A stretch of DNA of 63,761 nt, counting the filler, from Saprolegnia diclina VS20 (Eukaryota): NCBI RefSeq assembly GCF_000281045.1. It is 11 parts of 8 records of this genome, joined end to end, with 100 filler letters (N's around TTAATTAATTAA, not from the genome) between each part and the next. Parts side by side here need not be neighbours in the genome. Positions count along the whole stretch, not along the records: positions 34,376 to 44,042 come from NW_008246264.1; positions 44,143 to 48,513 come from NW_008246264.1; positions 48,614 to 50,128 come from NW_008246265.1; 8 more parts are not named here. One strand, written 5' to 3'. Shown piece by piece: positions 36,233-48,705 of the stretch; positions within the stretch are counted from its first letter, which is position 1, and every line of letters begins with the position of its first letter. The position numbers were made by a program, and so were the translations under genes. Under the pieces are notes generated by a model. The model was not told the origin of the DNA. It saw only the letters and a program-made list of their open reading frames with translations, and made no database searches.

Positions 36233-38185
36233 ATGGACGTCGGGCGATCGAAGCGGGATGGTGTCGTGCGCCTGAGCCTCTCGCCGCACCTCGCGCTCGG
36301 GCCTAGCCTCACGCAAGTCTTGGGAGCGATGGCAGCAACGTCGCGCCTCGAGACGCTGCCGGGTGTCGACGTCTCTATGGCGCGCTGCGCCTTTGGCCTC
36401 GACGTCTACGATCGCCTGCTGCCGCACGTCGCCACAACGTTTGCCCACGCAGCGTACGTGCACATTGACCTAAGCCATGCGTTGCTGCCATCGGATGGCC
36501 TTGTCTACCTTGTGAAGCATCTTTTGGCGGTTCATTTTCGCATGGATGGCTGCCGCTTGCGACTGACGCTCACGGGCCTCCGGCTAACGCTGGCCGATGT
36601 GGAGGCACTGCGCCATCTCGCGCCAGTCCTCGACGGTCTGTGTCTGCGCGAAAGCATCGCGTCCGCCAGCGTCGCTCGTGCCTGTATGTCCCACATCGCG
36701 TGACCCTCATTGCTAATACCTGTCCCAATAGTTGTCGACAGCCTCGGCGCCTTCTCCGAACTGGTCGTGCTCGACTTGACCAAGGTACGTGACGCAACTG
36801 CTCGAGCTGCAGAAGCGACTTCGGCTCGTCTAGATCTTTTTTGCGCGCCGGGACGCCCACCTCTTCCAGCGGTTCCTCGCGCATGTGACGACGCCGACGC
36901 CGCAAACACCGTGCGTCTGGCCTTTCCTCGCGTCCCTCGTCCTCGACCACAACGCATTCCCAGTCGACGATGTAGTCGCTCTCCTCTCGGCGCTCATGTA
37001 CAGCTTCTCAGACCTCTGGCATCCCAATGGAAAGGTTCTTGGAGTAGGTACTCGACGTCGCTGACGCACCTCTCGCTTGCCTACTCGCTGCCGTCAGTGG
37101 ACACGATCGTCGGCGGCTGGCTGCTTCGCACCATCTTGCGCAACCCGGCGTCCTCTCTCCGGTCGCTCAACTTGGCAGGTCTCTCGCTCCAGCACGACAT
37201 TGCTTCGACGTTGGCCAATGCTCGGCCCGACCAGCTCTTGCTCCTGGCGTCGCCGTCTCTGGTGACAGCAGACATCCCCGACGGCGCGTTCGTGGCCTTG
37301 CCGCACAGCACGGTGGTGCAGGCGTCCACAACGTCGTCGGCGCCGCTGTCTCTGAGGGTGCGTCCGTCGATCGTTCAAGTCGTCGGGTCGACACCGACGT
37401 TCACTGCCGTGCTCCTGCCCGGCCACGGTATCGGGTTCATTGACCGCGACGCTGTGGGCGAGGCACTGACTATGAGAGAAACTTCCACCACGGCGTGTCT
37501 GAGCGAGCTCGTGCTGGACGACCTGAAGCCGCTTGGCATCTTGCCTCCACTCTTGCACCTCTTCCGGGTACCGACAGAGTTGAGGTCGCTGCGACTGCGC
37601 CGATATCAGGCAACGACCACCGAAATCGAAGCCCTCGTCGAGACTTGCAGCGGGCTGCGTGCGCTCGACCTCAAAGCGTGCCGTCTGAACGACGTGACCG
37701 TGCTCCTCCCCGCCTTGCAGCACCTCGAACAGCTGAATTTGTACAAAAATCTGATCGGCGCCGTCGGCGCCATGCGCCTCGCACGGGCATTGGAGACCGC
37801 ACGTGTGCTTCGATCGCTCAACGTGTCGTGCAACCTCATTGGAGAGCTTGGTCTCGCGGCTTTGGCTATGGCCCTCGAGGTGCGTGGTCATTCGGTTCGA
37901 GTCTGTGTCATGCTAGTGGGGTAGACCAACCGGACGCTTGAGCACATCACGCTCGATGATCTATCACTTCAGGCACGGTTTGGCAACGTGCTGTTGCGCG
38001 TCGAGCCATTGCGTATGGAGGCCAAGTGGGCGTGTGTCCAAGCTCTGACGTGGCGCCACCAGCGCAGTGCGACGAGCACCCGCGCCGTGACCATCTACAG
38101 CCAACTGCTCGACCCGACGCTCATGCAGCACATCTTTGCCTTTGCCGGCCGCGCGATTTGTCGCACGATATGTGAACGACCTTGA
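36233..38185 (+). CDS. RNI-like leucine-rich repeat protein, multi-exon
   Basis: LTHLSLAYS, LRSLNLAGL, LRALDLKACRL, LEQLNLYKNLIG, LRSLNVSCNLIGELG; several short GT-AG introns. Confidence 0.75.
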
Positions 38186-38488
38186 TGCGCGAGGCAAGGA
38201 CGCAAACCTACCCCTAGTATCTCGGTGACGGTGGAGCTAAGCTACACTTGTTGACTGCTGTACGAGTACCATTTTTCTATGAAAAGAACGCCACTGTGTC
38301 GTGGGCACGCGTGGCAAGAGAAAGTATGTACAATATTGTCTCGATTTGTTGAAGGGTATCGGCTTGTTCACGCGCCCCGAGACTAGCCAAAGGCAATTTC
38401 GAAAAAGCGGGGCAAATCACTAGACGACCGCTTGTCTCAAAATACATAACAGCGGCTAGGTTGCATTTATCCAGAGCTATCGGCAGTA

Positions 38489-41400
38489 TTAGATCCGCCC
38501 AAGCGGCAGCGCAGACTGCAGCCGGGCGACCGTCGATGGATCGAGGGCGTGGGGCACGACGGGCACTGGGAGCGTCATGTACCGCCACGTCTTGATATCA
38601 AAAATGTACAAGTTGTCCTTGTACTCGATCGAGAGGATACCTGCCATAAGCGCCGACGCCTTGTCCAGAAAGTACTCGCCGTCAACCGCCCAGTCGGCCA
38701 AATCAAATAAATAGAGACTCTGTGCATTGAGGAGTAGAGAGTGCACCTGGACGGGTGGTAACCGCGGAAACCGGAGCCGGTCGACTAGATACGTCAGCAG
38801 GATGCACCACATTGTCATGACAACGACGGCGATGCTACCGCTTGTCGAGCCGATGCAAATCCCCGCACTCGAGCAGAGAAGCCCACTGTCCATGTCCACG
38901 TACGAGCAGTCCCGTTGGAGCTGCGCACGCGCTGGAACGGGCGACGCAAACGACCAGAGAATCGCAAGAAACCACGTTAAAAATGCGCTCTTGGGCGCGT
39001 ACGTGGCCGTGTACTGGCGCGTCACGACGCTGAAGAGGTCGTTGAGGGCGTAGACGAGCCACGAAACCTCGGAGGCCGCGAGGATCGTCTTGTACCATGT
39101 CAGAGATGGCGACGTAATCAGTGTAGCGGCACCGACTTTAGTCAAAAGCAGCGGTGCCGTGTTGAGAATCCAGATGGCTGTCAAACTGCGCAGAAGAAGC
39201 ACGAGTCGACCCGCCCACACATGCCCCACGATTCGGCTGAGCTCAAAGAGATTCCAAGCTTCGATGCGACCTCGCTGGCCGAGACTGTAGATGGTCTCAA
39301 GCCCCGCGACAGCAATGAGCAAGGTCGTGACGTAGAGAATACACCCTTGACAAAACGACGCAAAGCTCACGGGGACCTCTCCGGGATCGGGACTCATCGT
39401 CAATAGCGGCGTCCACTGGGAGAGCGATGTGATCGTACCTGCGTCACCAGTAAACTGGACGGCTTCGCGCGCACCCGTCGCCCACTCGTACAAGAAACAC
39501 CAGCCGTAGAAGCCCCAGAGCCGCTCGGACGGCGCCAGAAGCGGCACATGGTACAGCTGCACATGTGACGTGTCGTTGGTAAAGTAAAAGTACTGCGTCG
39601 TCTCGATCTGGAGTTCACGGACGCTCTGGACCACCGACGGCACAAGACCTTGAGGAACTGGGATCGAAAATGTCTCTAGCCAAGTGACAACGTCGCGAAA
39701 CTGAGCTCCACACGCAGCGCCCGAGCACAAGTCAAGGGCGCAAATCCCCTCGTAGTCGGCCGGTTCAACCACCGTTGTAGTGAGAAACGCTGCAAACGCG
39801 AAGAGCTGCTCCTTTGTGCTGAGCTGCATGAGCTCGAAAAAGTTGGCGTTGCAGACGCTAAAGGCCCCAAAGCCGCTGTAGAGCCCAATCGACGGCTCGG
39901 GCGGCAAGTCGTCGCCGCACATGAGGTTGCCGCCCACGAGCATGATCGACGGGTCGGACAAGAGAAAGGGAAGTACTTCGCAGACACTGGGCTTGGAAGG
40001 AAGCGATAGAAAATGCGCTTGCGCTAGCTCGTTCGAAACCAGTTGCGTGGCGATGACATTCAAGACAGTGTTGAGAAGGTCCACGAGAAGTCTTGGTGCC
40101 GCGACAAGATGAATATCGATGGCGCCAAAAGGACCCAGCGTTGACGCAAGTAGAACCAGACCTGGTCGTAGCGGCGTCGGCAGCGTCAAGTTCTGGGCCA
40201 AGAGCAGTGTACTAGACGAATTGGCAAAGGCAAACTCGGGACTAGAAGAGAGGAGGCTCTTGCCACCGATGTACGTAGCGTTGGTAGCTATGGCCCAGAG
40301 ATCACGCGCAAACGCCCAGTACATGCGATGAGATGTCTGCATCCACGTATGGTAGTCGCCTTCCGACCAACTCAACGTCAGTGATGACGTGTAGCCCAGT
40401 GCCGACGTGACCCAGAAGGTATCGACCATGCCAATCGTCTTGTAGTTTTGCCACTGCAACTGGAACCGCGTAATGCTGTAGAGACGCCAGAGAGCCACTT
40501 CGTCATCAACAGAATTGACGTTGAGTTTGAGATTCGAGAGCCACTGCTGACCACGCTGCGAAGTCTGCAGGTGCAACACAAAACCAATCTCAAACGAGAC
40601 ACCCCAGCAGCGGTCCCACGCGGCCCAGTCACGAACGTTGCGAAGCGGAATCTCCAAGTACACGGCGCCATTGGCCATCTGAGACGCAACACATCGCGCT
40701 TGACGCTTGGTGGTGCTGGCCATGGCCCAATGTCGATCCAAGTCGAGCCAGCAGTACTGCGTAAACATCCACGGCAGCATACACGGGTTCATGTCTCGAA
40801 GGCCTTGCGCAAAACGAGCCAGAGGTACGCTGGTGTCCAGGAGCTGACGCCGGGCAGCATGAGCACTCCAGGCAATCGACGCCATCGAGTCATTGTAGAG
40901 CTGCGAAATGTCGGCCAGCGCAGGGCTGCTCAAGTCAAGCGTCATATTGGTCGAGATGAGAAGCTGCTGGTTGATGGCATTAGCCAAGAAGGCGTGCATG
41001 CCGGTGCTGTTGAAGCCCGTCCAGCCAAAGTCGTTGGCCAAGAAGGTTTGGGCAACCGCGAGGAAGGCGACGTTGGAAGCGAGGCCAATCGCCGTGTACA
41101 GAATGCCACACAGCAGCAATATCGTCTTTGGCACGCGTAGTCGGGGAAGTGTGCTTCCGCGAGATGGCCCGAGAGGATTACCTAGAGGCACACGATAGCT
41201 CGTAGCGTGAAGGAGCGCCTTTGTCAATGCAAATGCGGTGCAATGGCATCCAGAGCTTGGTGTCAAACACAACTTTCCGAGAGCCAAACGAGACGCAGAG
41301 GACGCCGTTCATAGCCGCAGCGATATCGTTGGTCGTCGTCTCACTCGGCCCCAACAAAGCTACATCGCTTGTAGGAGCGTATGCGACCGCTGCTGCCGAC

Positions 41401-43746
41401 AAGAGTAATGACGGCATGCGCGTCAGCGTCGACGGCTTTTGCGTGGCGCGGGACAACATATTCGATCCAAGTACAAGAAGCCATAGAGCAACGACAGTCA
41501 CAACAACCCGACGTAGGCTACCGATGCTCAAGTGCCCGCTCACACAGTGCAGCATCGCATCGAGGTTCTCCGAGAGGCACGCGCGGTGCAGATGCGTCGA
41601 GACCTTGATCGGAGCCGCGACGTCGACGACAAACAAGCTCAGCCAGGCGAGAAGGGCGCAGGTGGAGGCCATGGTGCCGTTGCTACGCGGCGTCAACGGC
41701 AGCAAGAAATCCTGGAGAACGTACAAGACCCACGTGACATCGCCGGCCAAAATGCCCGAGACAACCACGGACCGCGTGCCCGCCACAAACAACGTGCCTC
41801 GACTCGGTGTCACTTGGTGCTGGAGGGTGCCAGACGACAAGCAGAGAAGCGCTGCGACGCCACGCCCCGCGACAAGCCCGCGATTGAGCCACGATGCACT
41901 GGTGAGGCGGTGGAAATAGAACCACGGGGTCGATGACGAACTTGGAGGGCGCGTCACGCGAAGCCAGAGCACGAAAACCCCAAGCGCGAGAGCTACACCA
42001 CTCACAACGACGCTGCCGAACCAGAGGAACACGCCCACGCACGAGAGGACGCTGTAGGTCGGTGACGGGAGCGAAGCGTACGCATACGTCATGACAGCGT
42101 ACGAGTGGGCGTCGCCGTCAAACAAGATGACTTCGCGCGTATTCATGGCCCACTCGTAGATGCTCATCCAGCCAAAGAACGCATACGACGGGTCCAAGAG
42201 CCGCTGTGTCTCGATACCGAGCGAGGCATTTCGTTGCACCATCTGAAAGATAGGGTTGCCAGAGCTGTCAGGTTGATGCCAGCCATCTCCCTGGGGGGTG
42301 CTCTGGCGAGCGCATCGGCGGTTTGACGCAACAAGCCGCTGCAGACAGCAACCTCGGTCTCTGGCAAAAGATCACAGAGTGTGATGGGGGCTTCCGTTGC
42401 GGTGGCTATCGACAGAGCAAAGAGACTCGCGAGCGGAGACCAGCAGAGTGTGAGCGGCATCGGTGCCATGCAGCCGTCGTCAAAGCCATAGGACTCGTGA
42501 ACAAACGAGTAGCCGGCGGACGAGAGGCACGTTGGGTTGCCGCCAAAAAATGTGAGCGACGGATCTCGCCACTGCCGTGGCGTCGGGTGCAGCGTCATCG
42601 ACGTGAGCGCGTCATAGGCCGTAGCGAACGCAGGACTGAACGCCAACGCTGCGAGCACGGAGCTTCGAAACGTCTGCACGGTGCGCAATACCTCCGCCGG
42701 CACGGGTACCCAGAGAAGGTCCGTGTTGCAAAGCGGTCCGAGCTGGTCGTGCACAGCTTGCTGGAATCGATTAAGCGGCGTTCCGACGTTGTACACTTCG
42801 ATCGCGTTTGGTGTCGTGTGCCCGAAGAAGGTGCTCGCGTTGCGCACCAAGCTCTCATTGTGCGAGAGCGCGCCAAAACCATACATGAGCGTTAACGTCA
42901 TGCTCAAGGTAAACCAGACAGTCGCCCGGTTCTTCTGCGCGATCGACTTGATGCGCAGGGAAGAGGTCGCACCAAGGGCGTTTGTGACGTCGATCGACTC
43001 TTCTAGTCCGAGCTGGTTGAGGTTCGTGTACTGGAGCACAAAGCTGTCAAGACCTGCGTCCGACCAGAATTGAACTTCGCGCTCCACTTGTAGCATCTGG
43101 TGCGTCGCGAGGTACGTGAGAAAGGCGGGGCCGTCCGGCGACTCGGCGACGCCATCGCCGATGCGCTGCTGGAACGAGCCTTGGGTCGTCGCACTCCACG
43201 CGTTGAAGTCCATGTTGCGCAGGATTGTCTCCATGTACATGGCGCCGTTTCGGACGTAGCGGTCACGGCAGCGCTCTTGCCGCTGCTGCGTGTAGGCCAG
43301 GGCCCAGCGCCGATCCAAGTCGACCCAGCAGTACTGCGCGCCAATGCTCTCGACGGCCGCCAACTGAGGTTGCGCAGACCCACAACACCGCCTTCGAGAC
43401 GCGCGAGCTCTTGGTACATGATGAAGCAAGCGTACGCGGGGTGAACGCCGACGACGTCACTCGCAGCGTAGCCCGCCGATGGCTCCAGGAGGTCGATGGT
43501 CCTTGAGGCGTTGTTGGTCAGAAGCGACAGCTGCGTGTTGAGAGCATGTTCGAGCGCCGACGACATGCCGTTGGAGAGAAAGCGGACCCAGAAGAACTCG
43601 TTGTCAAGGGTCGCGTACATGAGGACGAGGCTGGCGATACCAAGACCGATCGAACCAACGACGTAGAGAGCACCGAGGAGCTCGAAGAGGCGCCAGGAGC
43701 GCGTGCTGGCGGCGGTACTCGCATCGCTCGGTTAAGTCTGCGGCAT
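38489..43746 (-). pseudogene. Giant multi-pass membrane protein with two homologous ~850-900-aa modules; reading frame disrupted
   Basis: Both modules share N.F.W..F.S.G, QYCW.DLDR.WA.A.T..RQ.RC, NGA.Y.E..LRN, GGN..C, F.GW..YEWA...RE...F.GD and FD.K.W. In-frame TAA at codon 5 after ATG 43746; frameshifts near 43365, 42245 and 41200. Confidence 0.7.
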
Positions 43747-43860
43747 GACTAGCGTGTGCACGCGATGTTGTTGCTGCTCCAGATCTCGATCTGGCGCGAA
43801 TTGATACAAAGTAACTCTTCGACGAGGAGTTACTTTGTATGCATTGTTCAACAATCTCGA

Positions 43861-44000
43861 CATTTCGATACGCGGGAGGAGCAGGGGGCGAAAAGGCCTG
43901 AATTACTGCCCAGCCTCGGGGGCGGAGCGGCTTAACCGGAGCCGAATTCTGAAATGAGCGTGGTTCCCACTCTCGAAAAGGTCCTTTCGACTCCTTGCCC
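43861..44000. repeat. Diverged copy of the tyrosine-recombinase element terminus at 48706-48890
   Basis: Collinear blocks CAGGGGG..AAAAGG, CCTG.ATTAC, CCTCGGG, GCTTA.C.GAG and GAAAAG..C.TTTCGACTCCT. Confidence 0.6.
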
Positions 44001-44007
44001 AATCCAT

Positions 44008-44008
<1 letters not shown>

Positions 44009-44042
<34 letters not shown>
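44009..44042. repeat. (GATA)n microsatellite at contig end
   Basis: About 8 perfect GATA units running into the gap. Confidence 0.95.
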
Positions 44043-44142
44043 NNNNNNNNNNNNNNNNNNNNNNNNNNNNNNNNNNNNNNNNNNNNTTAATTAATTAANN
44101 NNNNNNNNNNNNNNNNNNNNNNNNNNNNNNNNNNNNNNNNNN

Positions 44143-44313
44143 CTTGGCCGTCATGCGTTCGATCTCGGCTTTGTGCGATTCTCGGAGCTTCTTCATCGTC
44201 CTTTCATGCTCGCGCTTGAGCTGCTCGACGATGGCCTTGTGGATCTGCAGTGGCATTGGCGTCTCCTCGTCCACCGTGGGATCGGGACCGGGAGTCCACC
44301 ACGTGCTGAACAT
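44143..44313 (-). CDS. N-terminal fragment of a coiled-coil protein, truncated by gap
   Basis: MFSTWWTPGPDPT...EQLKREHERTMKKLRESHKAEIERM; oriented divergently from the kinase at 45095. Confidence 0.4.
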
Positions 44314-45065
44314 CGAAGTGCAATTTGAGAAATGATCGCTACGGCAAGGAGCGTTCAGAAGCAATTCAGTCGGACTGCACGGGGCTGTTGGACATCCCAG
44401 GATTCGACAAACATTCTGTCACTTGATACTTTTCCGGATCGAAACCACTTGATTGGACCGTTTCTTTGTGCTTGGGAGAGTGAGAGTTGATACTCTGAGT
44501 GCGAGTGTCAACACTCTACTCCTGGAAGCGAGCCATATGGACCTCGCTACAGCGCTTCTTGTGGGCTTGTAGTGCATGAGTAGATTGTAGCGCCATCGAA
44601 TGCACTTGGTCCGAGCACAAGCCCAAGAGTCAAGTGGCCACTCTGTCCTCTCGCCTGCCCCAGCTGTCGGACACTGGTGATAGCTGAACTCGGTTTGCAC
44701 AGGATTGTCGATAGTGGGCCAAGCCACCGGCACGACTGCCAATTATGTTGAACTTTTTTGCGCGCGCAAGGGATCCACGCCGCGGTTAGGATGTTCAACA
44801 TGACTCGTTTGATAAATGAATGCAAACGAAAGTGGGGCTCTCTCTGAGCCCGCATCTACCTGGTGTTCAACCAAGAACGGTAGACGAAAAGAAGTCGACG
44901 AGGACGACCCCTTCTTGACTGAATGCAGAGCGAGGCCAAGGCCACTGCTGATAAGCGTACCGTGATTATGGTCAGCTGCCTCACCCAGAAGCGACTGAAG
45001 TGCTCTCCAAACGATCAACTTGGATCCCAACGTATCTATCAACAACGTACAGGAAAGCAAACGAA

Positions 45066-45079
45066 TCATTTGGCACTTT
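45066..45079 (+). promoter_or_regulatory. Oomycete INR+FPR-like core promoter
   Basis: TCATTTGGCACTTT ends 15 nt upstream of ATG 45095. Confidence 0.55.
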
Positions 45080-45094
45080 TCATTTTCCATCGTC

Positions 45095-46961
45095 ATGGGC
45101 GCCGCGCTGAGCAACGAAATTTTCCAAGACCCGACCCCACGCAGTGAGACCGAGATGCTTCGCGTCGAGAACGACTCCTTGCGAAACGAGATCGACGAGC
45201 TCAAGCGTGCGAATGCCGCCATGCATCGCGAGATGGAGAGCGTCGTGCGGGCGAACGAGACCAAGATCAACAACCTCACCAACGACTTTATTGTCGCGTC
45301 CGAAAATGCGCTGGCTGCGGATGCAGCCAGACGCGAACACGAGATGCGCCGCCAGCTCGAGCAGCAAAAAGAAGATCAGCTGCGTCGCAAGCAAGAGCAA
45401 CTCGAAGCCAAGCGCGAAGCGGACCTGCTAGAGCAGCGCTTGAAGAGCGTCAAGGTCTATGACGACGCCGGCTTTGTACAATTGGGTGGCAAGGACGCGC
45501 TCAAACGGGAGGCGTATCCTTTTGCGCTGCTGCGCGTCGGACTCCTCGCGGATGGCGAACACGTGCTTCGTATCCAGCTCAAGGAAGGTTACCGCAAGCG
45601 CGAAGACTTGGAGCGTTTCCGCAAGTCGATCGCAATCATGCAAGCGTATGCGGTATATCTCCTCTGGGAACGAGGCATTGATAGCGTTTGTTTTGATTCG
45701 TAGGCTCAATGGCGGGGACGGTCGTATTCTGCAGCTCGTAGGCGCCTGCGATCTCTTCAGCGCCAACCCGATCGCGTACGTCGAGTACTTTGTCGGCTGC
45801 GACCTGCAGACATTCTTGAGTGACCCCGCCAAGAAGCTCACGATGCAGAACACTCTTGCGATTGCGCTCGAGGTCGGCAAGGCGCTCGTCGATGTCCACA
45901 AGGTCGGCGTCATGCACCGCGATCTCTCGTGGAGAAACATCTACATTCCGCACCGCGGCGGCGTCAAGGTCTTTGTCGGTCTCAAGGCCAAGACGTCGAC
46001 GACGGGATTCGACACCAACGGCGTCACAGAAGCGCGCTGGGGGGCCCCCGAGACACTTCAGGACGGCAAGATCAAGTACACGGACGCGATCGACATCTTC
46101 TCGTTCGGCCTTGTCCTCATCTCGCTCCTCACGCGCGACCTTCCGTTCACCCACGTCTTGAGACGACGCAATCCAATCGATGACGGTCACGTCACAGCGC
46201 TTTTGCGAAACCCAAAGACAGCCGAAGAGCTCCTCTCGGGCTACTTCGAGGACATGTCGGTGCCCAAAGCCTACGCGGAGCTCGTGCAAGACTGCATCAA
46301 GTGGGACGCCGCCCAGCGCCCGACGGCCCCCGAAGTGGTGCGGCGCCTCCTGGAGATGCAAAACGAGCAAGACGTTCCTCGTCATCTCCAAGCGCTCGGC
46401 TCCGCGAACCTTCCAATCATCGGTCTCACGTTGGCGATCATCAAGGGCACCAACTTTGCCATCAACACGAACATTTTCGATTTCCAAGGGTACAGCCAGA
46501 TGCGCTTCGACGAGGTGGTGAAGACGCCGTGCGTGCCCGAGACCAACAGCGTTTTGCGCTGGGAATGGCTAACGACGCTCGAGAACGTCCAACCGCTCGC
46601 CAAGACCGTCGAGTTCGCCGTCCGCAAGGTCAACATCATGTGGGACACATATGTTGGCAAAGTCACACTTCGGCTCGACGACCTCTTGAAGCCGGATAAG
46701 CTCTCGTTCGAAGAGCGAACAAGCCTCGCTGCACCCCGCACAGTGGTCCTCAACGTGTACAACCAAGCCAACATCATGGGCCAGCTTCACCTCCGAGCGG
46801 CGTTCACGGGTCCCATCGAAGAGTATCTCAGCATCATCCGCGACGATCGCGCGAAAGTCCTCCTTGCTCGCCAAGGTCGCCACGACTTCAAGAACGAAGG
46901 GCTGCAGCAGGATCACGACGTTGCAACCGCGGCGTTGGCAGCTGTCGCTAGTGCAGCCTAA
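45095..46961 (+). CDS. Coiled-coil + TKL-like (pseudo)kinase + C2-like domain protein
   Basis: MGAALS start, coiled coil, intron 45646-45703, HRDLSWRN, RWGAPE, DIFSFG, W.AAQRPTA. C-terminal C2-like region (LTLAIIKGTN, KTPCV...WEW, DTYVGKVTLRLDDL, GQLHL). Confidence 0.8.
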
Positions 46962-47055
46962 TGCAGGCCATGTACTAAATGCAAATATATATATACCTAG
47001 TAGCTTGTTGTATCTTCAAATAATGTCTTTTCATCTACCGTCATCATGCTTCTGA

Positions 47056-48513
47056 ATGTGTTTGGTCAGCTCTGTCTTTGGTGCATATTTGTGGGGTGCG
47101 TGCGCCATGACGAGCGTGGTCTTGAGTCTTGTGGAGCTGATTGTGTTGTCGCTACGTCTCACGAGCGGTGAACGGCTGCACATGCCGTTGCTGTACTATA
47201 ATCGGACCCCGAGTGCCACGTGGCTCAACCGTGGCCTGTTGATGGCTCGAATCTCGCGGCACTTCTCTGCCTCGCCTCGAGCACTCTCCAGCCGCAAACA
47301 ACCGCGTACGGGACTACATTTTCATTGTCTCCAAAGCCGCTTCTCGGCTCATGCCTCGTTGCGAGCGAAGCGACGTGGGCTCTCTATGCGCTACAAGATG
47401 CGTTAGTGCCACTGACGACAGAGTGTGACACGTCGTCCAGCGCCCTATTGGCATGGCTAGGTATATCTTGTCCATATCGTTTCGCCTGTGCAGTCGGCGA
47501 AAGCTCTCCGCAGGTCGTGTGTCTCGACCAACTGTGACCGTGACGAGATGACTGCCCATCAACACAAACACATACGAAGGGAGGCCAAACTCCCTGAACA
47601 TCGGCATGTGTACTATGAGGCAAGTAGGAAACTAAAGCTAGCTGACTGCTGGAGCCCTGGCCACAGGCTCTATCCTGTGCCGTCCCATCCCAACGGCTTC
47701 TCGGTAGGACTATCTACTGACAGATTGATACATTGATACAAAACACATCGCCTTGGTTTGACCTAGTGGTTCGAGAGCTGTGTAGATATGAATATCCAGC
47801 GCTCAACCACTGTATGAGGCATCAAGTGCCACACCAACCTCATTCTGCTCGTCGCGGCCATTCTTGGTCTTGTTTCTCCTTGATGCCAACAAGCCACTGC
47901 GGCAAGACACGCCATCTTGGCTTCTGCCAAGTACAGTACCGCCGTCGTCTGGATGGGGTCAGCCGAAAGCGAGATTAGTGCTGCTGCCGCCGTCCGTGTG
48001 TGGCATTCTCTTTGTACAAAGAAAGCCGTGGGCTTTTGATATCAGGCGCTGGCTCCCCATCACGAACCTCGCATCAAAAGGCAGATACCAACACCGCTGC
48101 TAGCGGGGCTGGAGCTCTCGCAATCGCTCTTTGGCCCTTTTGGAAGCATTGACTGGCATGTAGTTTCGCCGCCAACATCGCTGTTGATGCTGTTGAATCG
48201 CTCTGCATAGTGCTCTACTGTAGCGACAGTGCTCGTTGTCAACGCGTCGGCCTCGGCGTCCTTTCTCGCGATCCCGCTCAAGTCGGCTGTGTGCGAGATC
48301 CCCTCTTTCCTCTTGTCTAGCCCGGACATTTTGCTTGTGGCAACATCATGTGTGGCGACACCCTCCCGCCCGAATCGGCGCTCGTACAGCGTGTGGGGCT
48401 TTACGGCTGGTTTGGTTCGATCAGCGTCTGCAACGCCAACCTTTTTGAGCTCATACAACCCTCTACAATCGAGCAGCTCTCAGCGTTTCTCACTACAACG
48501 GTGGTCGAACCGG
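47056..48513 (+). pseudogene. Heavily deleted relic of the giant membrane-protein family
   Basis: Patches SATWLNRG, AALLCLAS, LVASEATWALYALQD, FDIRRWLPI, PFGSIDWH, SAVCEIPSFLLS, CNANLFELIQ and AFLTTTVVEP match segments of 39770-42050. Confidence 0.75.
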
Positions 48514-48705
48514 NNNNNNNNNNNNNNNNNNNNNNNNNNNNNNNNNNNNNNNNNNNNTTAATTAATTAANNNNNNNNNNNNNNNNNNNNNNNNNNNNNNN
48601 NNNNNNNNNNNNNCTTGCATCTCATTTCGCGCTACGACACCAGTCGACACCGTTGGAAGTGTGAAATTGGAGGTCGACATCGTAAAAAAGATTTATGACC
48701 AAGAT

